A model generated the notes under the pieces. It was not told where the DNA came from. It did no database searches and saw only the letters and a list, made by a program, of their open reading frames with translations. The position numbers and the translations under genes are program-made. A stretch of 59,703 nucleotides of DNA from an uncultured Rickettsiales bacterium (GTDB lineage Bacteria; Pseudomonadota; Alphaproteobacteria; Rickettsiales; CAIJLX01): NCBI GenBank assembly GCA_964414595.1, contig CAYPXJ010000001.1, positions 53,443 to 113,145 on the forward strand. The letters are read 5' to 3'. Positions 20,225-31,545 of this stretch are shown piece by piece (position 1 is the stretch's first letter; every line of letters begins with the position of its first letter).

Positions 20225-20965
20225 ATGTGGCCATTACTTAAAGGAACATTATTTACAGCGGTAACCTGGGTAGCGGGTTCGCTTATCGGTTCTAAAGTGA
20301 CGGAAAGTATGGGCATTCAGTTTCCGCAAGTGCCTAATCCCGCCGCACAACCGCAAAATAACCCCGCGGCAGGACCCCAGAAGCCCGTTGCCACGTCACC
20401 CTCTGTTGCCTATGCACCCGCACCTTCCGCTGACCGCGGCCAACTTTTCCTGGGCCAGGCTTTTGCCAGTATTCTCGGCAAAATGGCTAACGATGCCCAA
20501 TTAGAGCAAAATACGATGACGCGCGTGGGGTTGCCGGCAAATACGCAAAAAATGGACTATCTGCGCGACGCGGCAAAACCCGGCTCAGATGCCTATAATC
20601 TGATGATTTCCGAATTGGGTAATTTTGATTTTGCACAACTGACCACGAATCCGAATGAATTTAAGCGTTTTGCCGAAGCGGTAAGCCACAAAATTGATCT
20701 GCATTACGCACTGGAAAATCGCGATGCGCTTCAGCACCAGCGAGAAACATTGGTGGCACAGCTTGATACTATCCCGCGTGGCTGGCTAGGTGGCGATTCT
20801 AATGCCGCTGAACGCAAGCAAATTTCAGAAAAAATTGCCTCGCTGGATGGGACGCTGGTATCGCTGGGTGAAGGCATTACAGCCCCCACAAACCTTCCTA
20901 ATATCGATCAAAAGGCCTATGTCGCCGCACGCTCGGAAGGCCGCAGCCGTAGCCATACCGCGTAA
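20225..20965 (+). CDS. Hypothetical protein (hydrophobic N-terminus, Pro/Gln-rich linker, helical C-terminal domain)
   Basis: 246-aa ORF, 9 nt after the previous gene, with an AGGAGA RBS. No recognisable family. Confidence 0.6.
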   Translation: MWPLLKGTLFTAVTWVAGSLIGSKVTESMGIQFPQVPNPAAQPQNNPAAGPQKPVATSPSVAYAPAPSADRGQLFLGQAFASILGKMANDAQLEQNTMTRVGLPANTQKMDYLRDAAKPGSDAYNLMISELGNFDFAQLTTNPNEFKRFAEAVSHKIDLHYALENRDALQHQRETLVAQLDTIPRGWLGGDSNAAERKQISEKIASLDGTLVSLGEGITAPTNLPNIDQKAYVAARSEGRSRSHTA

Positions 20966-20966
20966 A

Positions 20967-21320
20967 TTATTTGCGCTCTTTATAAACTTCTACGCCCGCG
21001 GAATCCGCAACACGCAGTGCGTCCGGTTTTTCCACACGTACCTTTACCCACACGATACGCTTATTTTCCATCACCAGCGTAGCAATATAGTCGGCTAGTC
21101 TTTCCACCAAATAAAAGCGGCTTTCTTCCACACGCTCGGCGATGACTTTTACCAACTCCTGATAATCAATCGTATCTTCAAGATTATCGCTAAGCTGCGC
21201 TTTGGAAGCATCAAACGCATAGCTGATATTCAAAATAACGTTTTGCTTTACGTTACGTTCGATATCGTAAGCACCAATAATGGCGCGCAGCCGTAAATTT
21301 TTAATACGGGTAATAAGCAC
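20967..21320 (-). CDS. folB: Dihydroneopterin aldolase
   Basis: 117 aa. I..L.LRAIIGAYDIER...Q.V..N......DLS.AA..D.LEDTIDY..L is the FolB pattern. Confidence 0.8.
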   Translation of the reverse strand: MLITRIKNLRLRAIIGAYDIERNVKQNVILNISYAFDASKAQLSDNLEDTIDYQELVKVIAERVEESRFYLVERLADYIATLVMENKRIVWVKVRVEKPDALRVADSAGVEVYKERK

Positions 21321-21326
21321 GTTATC

Positions 21327-22844
<1,518 letters not shown>

Positions 22845-22867
22845 TCAACTCCTTTCCCACTACACCC

Positions 22868-23473
22868 ATGGAAAACCAAGAACGACTGAGCGCCCTTCTC
22901 TCCCGCTTCTCGCAGGAACTGCAAAAGCGAGATGCCATATCTTTGCAGGAAATCTGCACCTTTTTTGAAGAGCGGACCTTCTTTTTCCTGCTTATTATTA
23001 TTAGCGCCGTGATAGCCGTGCCGATACCCTTACCGGGCATAAAATCGGTGATGGCGCTGCCCTGCCTGCTGCTCACTTTTCAGGTCATGATAGGCCGCAA
23101 AACGCCCTGGTTGCCCAAAAAAATCGGTGCCACACGGCTTTCATCGCAGCAATTAAATAATAGCGTTACCTGGCTGCTGAAACATTTGCGTAAACTCGAA
23201 AACCGCATTCGCCCGAACATGCTGCATCTGAGTAGCGAACGGTTTGAGCCCCTCGTATCGCTAGGCCTGCTGATTATCAGCGCGTTTATTCTTCTGCCCG
23301 CACCGGGCACCAATGAAATTCTCGGTTTAGGGGTTTTGGTGACTTCGATTGGCATGCTCGAGCGCGACGGGCGTATTATATTAGGCGGGCTGATTTGGGG
23401 CTTATGCGTGTGCGTGGGGATGGCATTACTCGTGTGGATTTTTGGAACCACCATCTTCCACGAACTGACTTAA
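22868..23473 (+). CDS. exoD: Exopolysaccharide synthesis protein ExoD family (membrane)
   Basis: 201 aa. ISLQEICTFFEERTFFFLLIIISAVIAVPIPLPGIKSVMALPCLLLTFQVMIGRKTPWLPKKI matches the ExoD family layout. Confidence 0.75.
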   Translation: MENQERLSALLSRFSQELQKRDAISLQEICTFFEERTFFFLLIIISAVIAVPIPLPGIKSVMALPCLLLTFQVMIGRKTPWLPKKIGATRLSSQQLNNSVTWLLKHLRKLENRIRPNMLHLSSERFEPLVSLGLLIISAFILLPAPGTNEILGLGVLVTSIGMLERDGRIILGGLIWGLCVCVGMALLVWIFGTTIFHELT

Positions 23474-24729
23474 CGGCGCATTTCGTCTGCGCCTTTTTGT
23501 TTTTTGGCTTCCTGAATCGCTTCCTGTGTTTTACCGGAATTGAAACGCCCTAAATCTTTTGCATCGACATCGTGTGACTTGATCATCGCAAGCGCTTCTT
23601 TGATGCCGCTATCCATTTGTGCGGCAAGCTGCGCCGGCGTGACATCACCTTTGCTTTGCACTTTTACCGTCGCGCTCTCTTTACTCGTCATCTGAATAGA
23701 AGTTTTCACTTCCGCCGTTTTTGGCTTATGCGCGTCACGCTCTTTCGCTTCCATTTTGCGCTCGCCCATTTCGCGTTTGTGATCGATAAACGCACGATTC
23801 ACTTCGCGATTATGGCTGCGCTCTTTATCGCGCTCTTTACTGGGATCTTTATTGGCAAGCGCCGGGTCCGCCTTCGCCAAAAATTCTTTTTCATCCTGGT
23901 GATGGGTGTGGCCCGGTAATTTTTCCGTCTGCGAATTACGGCCTTGCGACTCGCGAAATGCCGCACGCAGTTTTGCCCAGATATCGCGGCGTTTACTCGC
24001 CGTACGCACTGGTTCTGCTGCCGGCTGCTGGTCCGGTTTGCGCTGCGGCTCTTCGATCACTGCCTGCAGATTCATCGCCTGCGTAAGCGTGCGTTTCATC
24101 TCCGCCTGAAGTTGCAGCGGACGTTGTACCACCGCATCTTTCAGCGGCTGCACAAAACTATAATTCTTGTCATTTTCCTTGGTTAAACCATACGTTGCCA
24201 GCGCCGGCACCACGGCTTCTCCTAACGCGAGAGATGCTTTTGTGAGCGCTTCCGCAAGAATACGCGTACCACTCGCGCGGCCCTCTTTTCCTTTAAGCAA
24301 AGGCATGATCTGCGGCTTCATAACCGCGAAATGCGCCTGCATGATCTGCATCAATTTATCGAATTTCTGTGATTGGAAAAAGGCATGCAGCGCCTCGGCA
24401 AAACCGGCATAACGTTCCTTCGACATCAATTCAAAATTACCGTTCAGACTAATCTGCGTACCGAGCAGGTTTTTAAGTTCTTCCGCAATCGCGAGCCTAT
24501 CTTTGCGTGTATCGAGATCGGCGAGCATTTCCTGCAATTCCATGCGCAGATCGGCATCTTCCGCGCTAACAATTTCATGCCCGGAAGCCGAAACCTGCAT
24601 CACGGCATCCACCGCGCGCTCCTGCTCCTCTGTCACTTCCTGCGATTTGCCGAACAACAAATGATACAGATCCTCGGATGTCATTCCGAGCTCATTCAGC
24701 ATCTCTGTTATGCGCTGTTGTTTCTCCAC
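23470..24729 (-). CDS. Hypothetical highly charged 419-aa protein (helical N-half, Lys/Glu/Arg-rich disordered C-half)
   Basis: GTG start with an AGGAGAGGG RBS, 9 nt downstream of the preceding ORF. No family recognised. Confidence 0.55.
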   Translation of the reverse strand: MEKQQRITEMLNELGMTSEDLYHLLFGKSQEVTEEQERAVDAVMQVSASGHEIVSAEDADLRMELQEMLADLDTRKDRLAIAEELKNLLGTQISLNGNFELMSKERYAGFAEALHAFFQSQKFDKLMQIMQAHFAVMKPQIMPLLKGKEGRASGTRILAEALTKASLALGEAVVPALATYGLTKENDKNYSFVQPLKDAVVQRPLQLQAEMKRTLTQAMNLQAVIEEPQRKPDQQPAAEPVRTASKRRDIWAKLRAAFRESQGRNSQTEKLPGHTHHQDEKEFLAKADPALANKDPSKERDKERSHNREVNRAFIDHKREMGERKMEAKERDAHKPKTAEVKTSIQMTSKESATVKVQSKGDVTPAQLAAQMDSGIKEALAMIKSHDVDAKDLGRFNSGKTQEAIQEAKKQKGADEMRR

Positions 24730-24738
24730 GTCCCTCTC

Positions 24739-25662
24739 CTAACGCGCAAGCGTGTGTGATGCGCCTGCTGCTTTTGCGTCTTTCAAATCCCCGGTTTTTC
24801 CGGCGCTGGAAATCTGCGCCTGTAATGCTTCATTTTCCTCGCGTAATTTATGCACTTCGCCAGCATGATACGCTTCCGGCAGCGCCACTTTAATGCCGAG
24901 ATCCTTCAGCATGACGTTCGCATAAACCTGCAATTTTACAGGGTCTTTGAGAATTTCACGCTTCTCTGCACGCGTAAGCTTTTTCAAATCCTTGCCAAAT
25001 TTCTGACCGATTTCATACGCCATGCGCAGCCGCACGCGTGACATATCCGAGCGCCCGAATACTTTGTGATTATCCAACGCCGAATCGATCGACTGGAATA
25101 ATTTTTTCGACATTTCGGTATCGTACGGTGCGAAACGGCGCTCATTCACCACATCGCATTTCGCGGCACCCACACCCTTTGCATAACCGAGCGTCAATGC
25201 TTCCATATCCGAACTGACCTTGGGCACCGGTTCGGAAAGTTCGCGCTGCACGTAATTAAATGCGCCCTTCACCACAATCGCGAGCAATTCGTTTAACATG
25301 TAGGCCTGCTCAGGATGATTCGGATCATTCAGCCCAAGCGCCACATATTGCGTGACCCAACTTGTCGCCTGGAAAAGGTTGGAATCCTGCGAGGGATAAA
25401 ACAAGCTGTAATCCACGCCATCTTCCAACACGTCGTCAAATCGCGCCAGCGTGCGACGAATCGGATTTTGGTATTTCAATTTGATAAGCGCTTTTTCCAA
25501 CATGTCTTCTTCGGCATTGGAAAGCAGCATGCGCGAAAGATCCACCCCGCGGCTGGTTTGCAGCGCATAAGTCATCCCGCCGGTACGACCCGTGCCGTCA
25601 ATCTTCTCGAGTAAGGCCTGCTGACCTAACGCTGGACCACTATTTTCAACCTGCGCAACCAT
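24739..25662 (-). CDS. Hypothetical 307-aa protein
   Basis: Long ORF co-oriented and near-contiguous with 23470..24729. It ends in TAG. No family recognised. Confidence 0.55.
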   Translation of the reverse strand: MVAQVENSGPALGQQALLEKIDGTGRTGGMTYALQTSRGVDLSRMLLSNAEEDMLEKALIKLKYQNPIRRTLARFDDVLEDGVDYSLFYPSQDSNLFQATSWVTQYVALGLNDPNHPEQAYMLNELLAIVVKGAFNYVQRELSEPVPKVSSDMEALTLGYAKGVGAAKCDVVNERRFAPYDTEMSKKLFQSIDSALDNHKVFGRSDMSRVRLRMAYEIGQKFGKDLKKLTRAEKREILKDPVKLQVYANVMLKDLGIKVALPEAYHAGEVHKLREENEALQAQISSAGKTGDLKDAKAAGASHTLAR

Positions 25663-25765
25663 AGATATACGTGCGTTAAACGCACCCTTTCACCCTAAAT
25701 CTACCGAGCGAATGTTACAGTTTGATGACAGTTTGAAAGAGAAATTTTCTTAAGAATTCTGAGGG

Positions 25766-26035
25766 TTAAGTTGCCTTTTTCTGCGCTTTGGCATCTTCTG
25801 CCGCATTCAAGGCATACACACACAGATCTTCGAACGAAACATTGTTTTTTTCTGCCAATTCCAACAGCTTAGCGAAGGAGTCCATCACTTCTTTCGGAAT
25901 GGTGCCACCCCGCTCTTTGGAAAGCCAGGCCGCCTGGTTTTGCAACGGGTGATTGCCGGGTTTTGGATCCCCAATATAGACATCAAACGGAGCTTTTTGC
26001 CCCCCAAAATCGCACGGAATGGTGAATTTTTTCAT
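25766..26035 (-). CDS. Small (89-aa) hypothetical protein
   Basis: ATG-initiated ORF in an otherwise empty 490-bp interval. Soluble-looking composition. No motif that I can name with certainty. Confidence 0.5.
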   Translation of the reverse strand: MKKFTIPCDFGGQKAPFDVYIGDPKPGNHPLQNQAAWLSKERGGTIPKEVMDSFAKLLELAEKNNVSFEDLCVYALNAAEDAKAQKKAT

Positions 26036-26151
26036 AGTTTGAACTTAGCGCTTTTCCGCTTTTATTTCAATAGGACGCGCGAAAAAGCTTGCTTTGGCCG
26101 GTAACGCTCGTTAAAAGAACCGCCTTAATCTGCATTCTAAAGGGGTACATT

Positions 26152-26541
26152 ATGGCACGGGTTACAGTTGAAGATTGTCTGGATAAAGTGGAAAGCCGTT
26201 TTGAGTTGGTATTGCTGGCGGCACAACGCGCGAAGGACATTGCTTCCGGCCTGCCCCTGACCATCGACCGCAACGACGAGAAAGACCCGGTTCTGGCACT
26301 GCGCGAAATCGCGAAAGAATCGGTGCAAGCCGATAAGCTGCGCGAATCCTTGATCCAGTCTTACCAGAAAATGGCGGATACGGACGCCTTGCCAAACGAT
26401 GAGCAAATGAACGAAGCGCTGCTTGCGAAAGAAGCCGGTGAAGAAATCAAGAGCATGACTTCCGATACCGCGGACGAAGACGAAGCTGGCGACGATGCAG
26501 GCTTTTCGTTCGAAGGAGAAAATATCATATCCAAAGATTAA
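26152..26541 (+). CDS. rpoZ: DNA-directed RNA polymerase subunit omega
   Basis: [30 protein letters not shown] is the canonical RpoZ N-terminus. The track ORF starts earlier, at 26089. Confidence 0.9.
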   Translation: MARVTVEDCLDKVESRFELVLLAAQRAKDIASGLPLTIDRNDEKDPVLALREIAKESVQADKLRESLIQSYQKMADTDALPNDEQMNEALLAKEAGEEIKSMTSDTADEDEAGDDAGFSFEGENIISKD

Positions 26542-26574
26542 TCTGCAAGCCATATTGGCTAATTCCCGCGTATT

Positions 26575-28806
26575 TTGCTATCATCAGGCTTGCGCTTGAA
26601 AAAGGAGGCGCAAGTTTTGCCGACGGTTGAACCTACAGCTCCCTCTCTGCCGGAACCTGTGAAAGCCTTGCTTTCGCAGTTGGAACCCTTTGAGAAAAAA
26701 ATCGATGTGCCGCTGGTGGAAAAAGCGATTGAGTTTGCGCGCGTACATCATGGTGAGCAGCAGCGCGCTTCCGGCGAGCCCTATTATTTGCATCCTGTCG
26801 CCGTGTCGGAAATTGTCGCGCAGTTTGGTTTGGATACGAGCTCAATCGTCACCGCAATTTTGCATGATACGGTCGAAGATACCGATGTGACGGTCGATGA
26901 TCTCGAGCGCGAATTCGGCAAAGAAATCGCCGTGCTGGTGGATGGCGTTACCAAACTCACGCGTCTGGAATACCAAACGGAAGTGGCGCATCAGGCGGAA
27001 AATTACCGCAAATTGTTGATGGCGATTTCGGAAGATATTCGCGTGCTTGTGGTAAAACTTGCCGATCGTTTGCACAATATGCGCACGCTGCACCATATCG
27101 GCAAAAAGGAAAAGCGCGCCCGCATCGCGCAGGAAACACTCGAGATTTATGCGCCGCTCGCCGAGCGCATCGGCATGCATAAAATCAAAGACGAACTGCA
27201 GGATATTTCTTTCAAAGAGCTCAGCCCGGAAGGCTATGAATCGATCGTCAGCCGTTTAAATTTTCTGCGCGAAAGCGGCAAGCCTATGGTCGATAGCATC
27301 ATCGGCCATATCACCAATACGCTGGATCAGGGCGGCTTGCAGGAATTTCAAATTTACGGCCGTGAAAAACGTCCCTACTCCATCTGGCGTAAAATGGAAA
27401 AATACAATGTTGGTTTCGAGCAGCTTTCCGACATCATCGCCTTTCGCGTGATTGTAAAATCCGCGCAGGATTGTTATCTCGCGCTCGGGCTTATTCACGC
27501 GGCATACCATATGGTTCCCGGCACGTTTAAAGATTATATCAGCACGCCGAAAGATAACGGTTACCAATCGCTGCATACGATCGTGATGGGCCCGGAGCAG
27601 CAGCGTATCGAAATTCAAATTCGCACGCACGAAATGCACGAAATCGCGGAGATGGGACTCGCCGCGCATTGGTCCTATAAACAAGGCCGCGATTACAATA
27701 CGGACGGTAAGCAATATCGCTGGATACGCGAACTTTTATACATCATTCAGAATGCCTCCGAGCCGGAAGAATTTATCGAAAATACCAAGCTCGAAATGTA
27801 TCACGATCAGGTGTTCTGCTTTACGCCGAAAGGCCGCATTGTCGCGCTGCCGCAAAGTGCAACGCCGGTCGATTTCGCTTACGCGATTCACTCCGATCTC
27901 GGCAACCAATGCGTCGGCGCAAAAGTGAACGGACGCATCGTGCCACTGCGCACGAAATTAAATAACGGCGATCAGGTGGAAATTATCACCAGCAAAACAC
28001 AAACGCCTTCGCCAACGTGGGAAAGTTTTGCGGTCACGGGCAAAGCGAAATCCGCGATTCGCCGTTTCATTCGCACGCGTCAGCGGCAGGAATATGTTGT
28101 GCTCGGCAAATCGATTCTCGCCAAAGCATTTGAAACCGAGCAGCTGCCGTTTGAAGAAAAAATTATCGAGGATGCGCTGCCGAAAATGCAGAAAAAATCG
28201 CTCGAAGATCTCTATGCTTTACTCGGCGAAGGCGCGATCTCCAAACAAGAAATTATCCTCGCCGTATTTCCGGATTACAAACCGCAATCGAAAACGCAGC
28301 GCTTTTCGTTGTTACAACGTTTGCGCGGCACCAAGCAGGTGGAAAATATTACGTATGGCAAATCGGTGCCGATTCGCGGCCTTATCCCGGGTATGGCCGT
28401 GCAATTTGCCGGCTGCTGCCACCCGCTGCCGGGCGATCGCATCGTCGGCATTGTGCATACGGGGAAAGGCATCACGATTCACACCACCGATTGCAACGAG
28501 CTGGAACAATTTACGTCCGAACCGGAGCGTTGGATCAATGTTTCGTGGGACGGCGAAGCCGCGGCGGATACCTATGTCGGGCGCTTGAAAGCCGTGCTTT
28601 CGCATGAGTCCGGTAGCCTTGGCACGCTCGCGAATTGCATCGCGAAGGAAAATGGCAATATCAATAATTTAAAAATCATCAACCGCTCGTCCGATTTTTT
28701 TGAAATCATCGTTGATGTGGAAGTGAATGACATCAAGCATTTGGCAAATATCATGGCGACACTGCGATCCAAGTCCGCCATCTATTCGGTAGAGAGATTC
28801 CACTAA
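26575..28806 (+). CDS. spoT: Bifunctional (p)ppGpp synthetase/hydrolase, RelA/SpoT family
   Basis: HD domain (HHGEQQRASGEPYYLHPVAV, HDTVEDT), synthetase block (RVIVKS..DCY, GYQSLHT) and TGS/ACT tail. The exact start is uncertain (TTG in the track). Confidence 0.9.
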   Translation: MLSSGLRLKKEAQVLPTVEPTAPSLPEPVKALLSQLEPFEKKIDVPLVEKAIEFARVHHGEQQRASGEPYYLHPVAVSEIVAQFGLDTSSIVTAILHDTVEDTDVTVDDLEREFGKEIAVLVDGVTKLTRLEYQTEVAHQAENYRKLLMAISEDIRVLVVKLADRLHNMRTLHHIGKKEKRARIAQETLEIYAPLAERIGMHKIKDELQDISFKELSPEGYESIVSRLNFLRESGKPMVDSIIGHITNTLDQGGLQEFQIYGREKRPYSIWRKMEKYNVGFEQLSDIIAFRVIVKSAQDCYLALGLIHAAYHMVPGTFKDYISTPKDNGYQSLHTIVMGPEQQRIEIQIRTHEMHEIAEMGLAAHWSYKQGRDYNTDGKQYRWIRELLYIIQNASEPEEFIENTKLEMYHDQVFCFTPKGRIVALPQSATPVDFAYAIHSDLGNQCVGAKVNGRIVPLRTKLNNGDQVEIITSKTQTPSPTWESFAVTGKAKSAIRRFIRTRQRQEYVVLGKSILAKAFETEQLPFEEKIIEDALPKMQKKSLEDLYALLGEGAISKQEIILAVFPDYKPQSKTQRFSLLQRLRGTKQVENITYGKSVPIRGLIPGMAVQFAGCCHPLPGDRIVGIVHTGKGITIHTTDCNELEQFTSEPERWINVSWDGEAAADTYVGRLKAVLSHESGSLGTLANCIAKENGNINNLKIINRSSDFFEIIVDVEVNDIKHLANIMATLRSKSAIYSVERFH

Positions 28807-29537
28807 TGACAACGCTGCGTTTAGGCGTGAATATTGATCACGTCGCCACGATTCGTAATGCGCGCGGCGGTGCACACCCCGACCCGGTGCGCGCGGCAGA
28901 AATCGCGGCGAAAGCAGGTGCGAATGGTATCACCGCGCATCTGCGTGAAGATCGCCGCCATATTTCGGATGACGATATTGCGCGGCTAAAAAAAACGATC
29001 GCATTGCCCTTAAATCTAGAAATGGCGGCAACCGAAGAAATGCTCGCGATTGCGCTGCGCACGAAACCGCATGCGGCGTGCATCGTGCCGGAAAAAAGAC
29101 AAGAACGCACCACCGAAGGCGGCTTAAATGTTGCCGGTGAAAAAACGACGTTACGCCCCATTATCGAGAAGTTAAAAAAAGCCGGCATTCGCGTGTCGCT
29201 TTTTATCGACCCCGTTATCGCGCAAGCAGACGCCGCAAAAGAACTCGGTGCGGATATTGTTGAATTTCACACCGGTACTTACTGCCACGCGGCGCCAGGC
29301 GGGGCACGTGACAAAGAACTGCAAAATATTGTCCGCAGTGTAGAGCACGCGCATAAAATCGGCCTGGAATGCCACGCCGGGCACGGCCTGAGTTTCGATA
29401 CGGTAGGCCCGATCGCCGCCATCCCGGAAATCGTCGAACTGAATATTGGCCATTTTTTAATTGGCGAAGCGATTTATATTGGTTTAGAAGACGCGGTGAA
29501 GCATATGAAAAAACTCATGAAAGCAGCCCGCCCATGA
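28806..29537 (+). CDS. pdxJ: Pyridoxine 5'-phosphate synthase
   Basis: LGVNIDHVATIRNARG, ITAHLREDRRHI, CIVPEKRQERTTEGG and NIGHFLIGEA. TAATG overlap with spoT. Confidence 0.95.
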   Translation: MTTLRLGVNIDHVATIRNARGGAHPDPVRAAEIAAKAGANGITAHLREDRRHISDDDIARLKKTIALPLNLEMAATEEMLAIALRTKPHAACIVPEKRQERTTEGGLNVAGEKTTLRPIIEKLKKAGIRVSLFIDPVIAQADAAKELGADIVEFHTGTYCHAAPGGARDKELQNIVRSVEHAHKIGLECHAGHGLSFDTVGPIAAIPEIVELNIGHFLIGEAIYIGLEDAVKHMKKLMKAARP

Positions 29538-29896
29538 TTATCGGCACCGGTATTGACCTGGTTCAAATTCCACGCATCGAAAAAGCCATCGCGCGTTTCG
29601 GCGATAAATTTCTGCGCCGTATTCTGACAGAAAACGAGCGCCAGCGATCCACGAGTGCGGCCTATGTCGCGCGCCGCTTTGCCACCAAAGAAGCGGCGGC
29701 GAAAGCACTCGGCACCGGCATCGGTCAGTTTGCAAAATTCCACGATATTGAAACCGTGCACGACGATCTAGGCAAACCTTCTCTTGTGCTACACGGTGCC
29801 GCGAAAGAAAAATTTCCGCATATGGTCAGCCATGTTTCGGTCAGCGACGATTATCCCCACGCCACTGCCATGGTGATTCTTGAAAGCCGTGCATAA
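29534..29896 (+). CDS. acpS: Holo-[acyl-carrier-protein] synthase
   Basis: MIIGTGIDLVQIPRIEKA...RFATKEAAAKALGTGI. ATGA overlap with pdxJ. The track ORF is extended upstream in frame. Confidence 0.9.
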   Translation: MIIGTGIDLVQIPRIEKAIARFGDKFLRRILTENERQRSTSAAYVARRFATKEAAAKALGTGIGQFAKFHDIETVHDDLGKPSLVLHGAAKEKFPHMVSHVSVSDDYPHATAMVILESRA

Positions 29897-30575
29897 AAAA
29901 TCCGCGAATAAACTGGACTTCGCCGAGCTGGAATCGCGGCTCGGGCATCGTTTTGCGAACACCGCATTATTGGAAGAGGCGCTGACACACCCGAGCTTGC
30001 AGGCGGAAAAAAATTACGAACGGTTGGAGCTGCTCGGTGACGCAGTGTTAGAGTTGGTGATCACCGAACATCTTATCAATGCTTTTCCCGAAGAACCGGA
30101 GGGTGCGCTTGCCAAACGCCGCGCAGCGCTCGTAAAAAGCCACGCGCTAGCCCATGTCGCAACGCATCTTGGCCTCGGCGAATTCCTACTGCTTTCCGCC
30201 GGTGAAGAAACAAACGGCGGTCGTAGCAACGTGCGTAATTTAGAAAACACGCTCGAAGCGATTTTTGGCGCGATGTATCTCGATGCGGATTTCGACACGG
30301 TGCGTAAATCTATTCTGCCGTTATGGCTTCCGCTACTCAATGATATGCCGCACCCGCCGCATGATCCGAAAACGGAATTGCAGGAATGGGCGCAGCAGCG
30401 CGGCAAACCATTGCCGGAATATAAAATTACGGAACGTAACGGGCCGGATCATTCGCCGGAATTTACCGTGCAGGTACATGTGGAAGGCGTAAAGCCTGTG
30501 AGCGCGACCGGCGCTTCCAAACAAAAGGCCGAGCGCAAAGCCGCCGAAACTATGTTAAAAACAATCCATGGCTAA
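29880..30575 (+). CDS. rnc: Ribonuclease III
   Basis: NYERLELLGDAVL signature plus a C-terminal dsRBD (DPKTELQEWAQQRG...GASKQKAERKAAE). The start codon is uncertain (TTG/GTG). Confidence 0.9.
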   Translation: MKAVHKKSANKLDFAELESRLGHRFANTALLEEALTHPSLQAEKNYERLELLGDAVLELVITEHLINAFPEEPEGALAKRRAALVKSHALAHVATHLGLGEFLLLSAGEETNGGRSNVRNLENTLEAIFGAMYLDADFDTVRKSILPLWLPLLNDMPHPPHDPKTELQEWAQQRGKPLPEYKITERNGPDHSPEFTVQVHVEGVKPVSATGASKQKAERKAAETMLKTIHG

Positions 30576-31455
30576 TACGACTCGCTCCGCCACTATCGCG
30601 ATTCTCGGCGCACCCAATGCAGGAAAATCGACGCTGACCAATGCGCTCGTTGGCGGCAAAATTTCCATCGTCAGTAAAAAAGTACAAACCACGCGCTGCC
30701 TCATCACCGGCATCGCACAACACCACAATACGCAATTTGTTTTACTCGATACGCCGGGGATTTTCCGGCCGCGCAAAAAGCTCGATCACGCGATGGTCGA
30801 AGCCGCGTGGTCCAGCCTGCAACAGGCCGATTTCTGCATGATTCTTATCGATGTAATGCGCGGCATCACGCCGCAGGACGAACATATTATTCGCGAAGTC
30901 GCCAAGCGTAAAATCAAACCATTCTATGCGCTTAATAAAATCGATCGCATCGAAAAATCGAAGCTTTTGAGCCTCTCCGTAAAACTCAATCAGATGCTGC
31001 AGGCCGAGCGCACGTACATGATTTCCGCGCTCGAAAAAGATGGGCTAACTAGCATGCTCGAAGATTTGGTAAAGCTTGCGCCAACGCGCCCGTGGGCCTA
31101 TCCGGCGGATCAGATTTCCACCGCGCCCATGAAATTTTTGGCCGCGGAAATTACGCGCGAAAAATTATTTGAAACGCTGCATCAGGAATTGCCGTACGAA
31201 CTGATGGTTGTTACCGATAGTTGGGAAGAGCTTGGTAAAAGCGTGAAAATTCACCAGACGATTTACGTCACCCGTGATAGCCACAAAAATATCGTGGTTG
31301 GCAAAGGCGGGCAGATGCTGAAAACCATCGGCGAACAATCGCGCAAAGAAATCGGTGCGATTCTGGGCCACCCGGCACATTTATTTTTGTTCGTGAAGGT
31401 CAAAGAAAATTGGGCCGATTCGCGCGAATCCCTCAGTGAAATAGGCCTCGCATAA
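30568..31455 (+). CDS. era: GTPase Era
   Basis: ILGAPNAGKSTL (G1), DTPG (G3), NKID (G4) and a KH domain (VGKGGQMLKTIG). Confidence 0.95.
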   Translation: MANTTRSATIAILGAPNAGKSTLTNALVGGKISIVSKKVQTTRCLITGIAQHHNTQFVLLDTPGIFRPRKKLDHAMVEAAWSSLQQADFCMILIDVMRGITPQDEHIIREVAKRKIKPFYALNKIDRIEKSKLLSLSVKLNQMLQAERTYMISALEKDGLTSMLEDLVKLAPTRPWAYPADQISTAPMKFLAAEITREKLFETLHQELPYELMVVTDSWEELGKSVKIHQTIYVTRDSHKNIVVGKGGQMLKTIGEQSRKEIGAILGHPAHLFLFVKVKENWADSRESLSEIGLA

Positions 31456-31497
31456 AAAAACACCCGGGCATTTCTACCCGGGTGCTCCTATCTTTTA
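31454..31497. terminator. Bidirectional intrinsic terminator between era (+) and the BI-1 family gene (-)
   Basis: An 8-bp GC-rich stem CACCCGGG-cattcta-CCCGGGTG (31461-31484) is flanked by A7 (31454-31460, which reads T7 on the minus strand) and a T-rich tail on the plus strand. A second imperfect hairpin lies at 31501-31544. Confidence 0.7.
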
Positions 31498-31545
31498 TTA
31501 AAATCACGCTACTGCAATACAGTGCTCGCAGTAGATAGTGATTTC

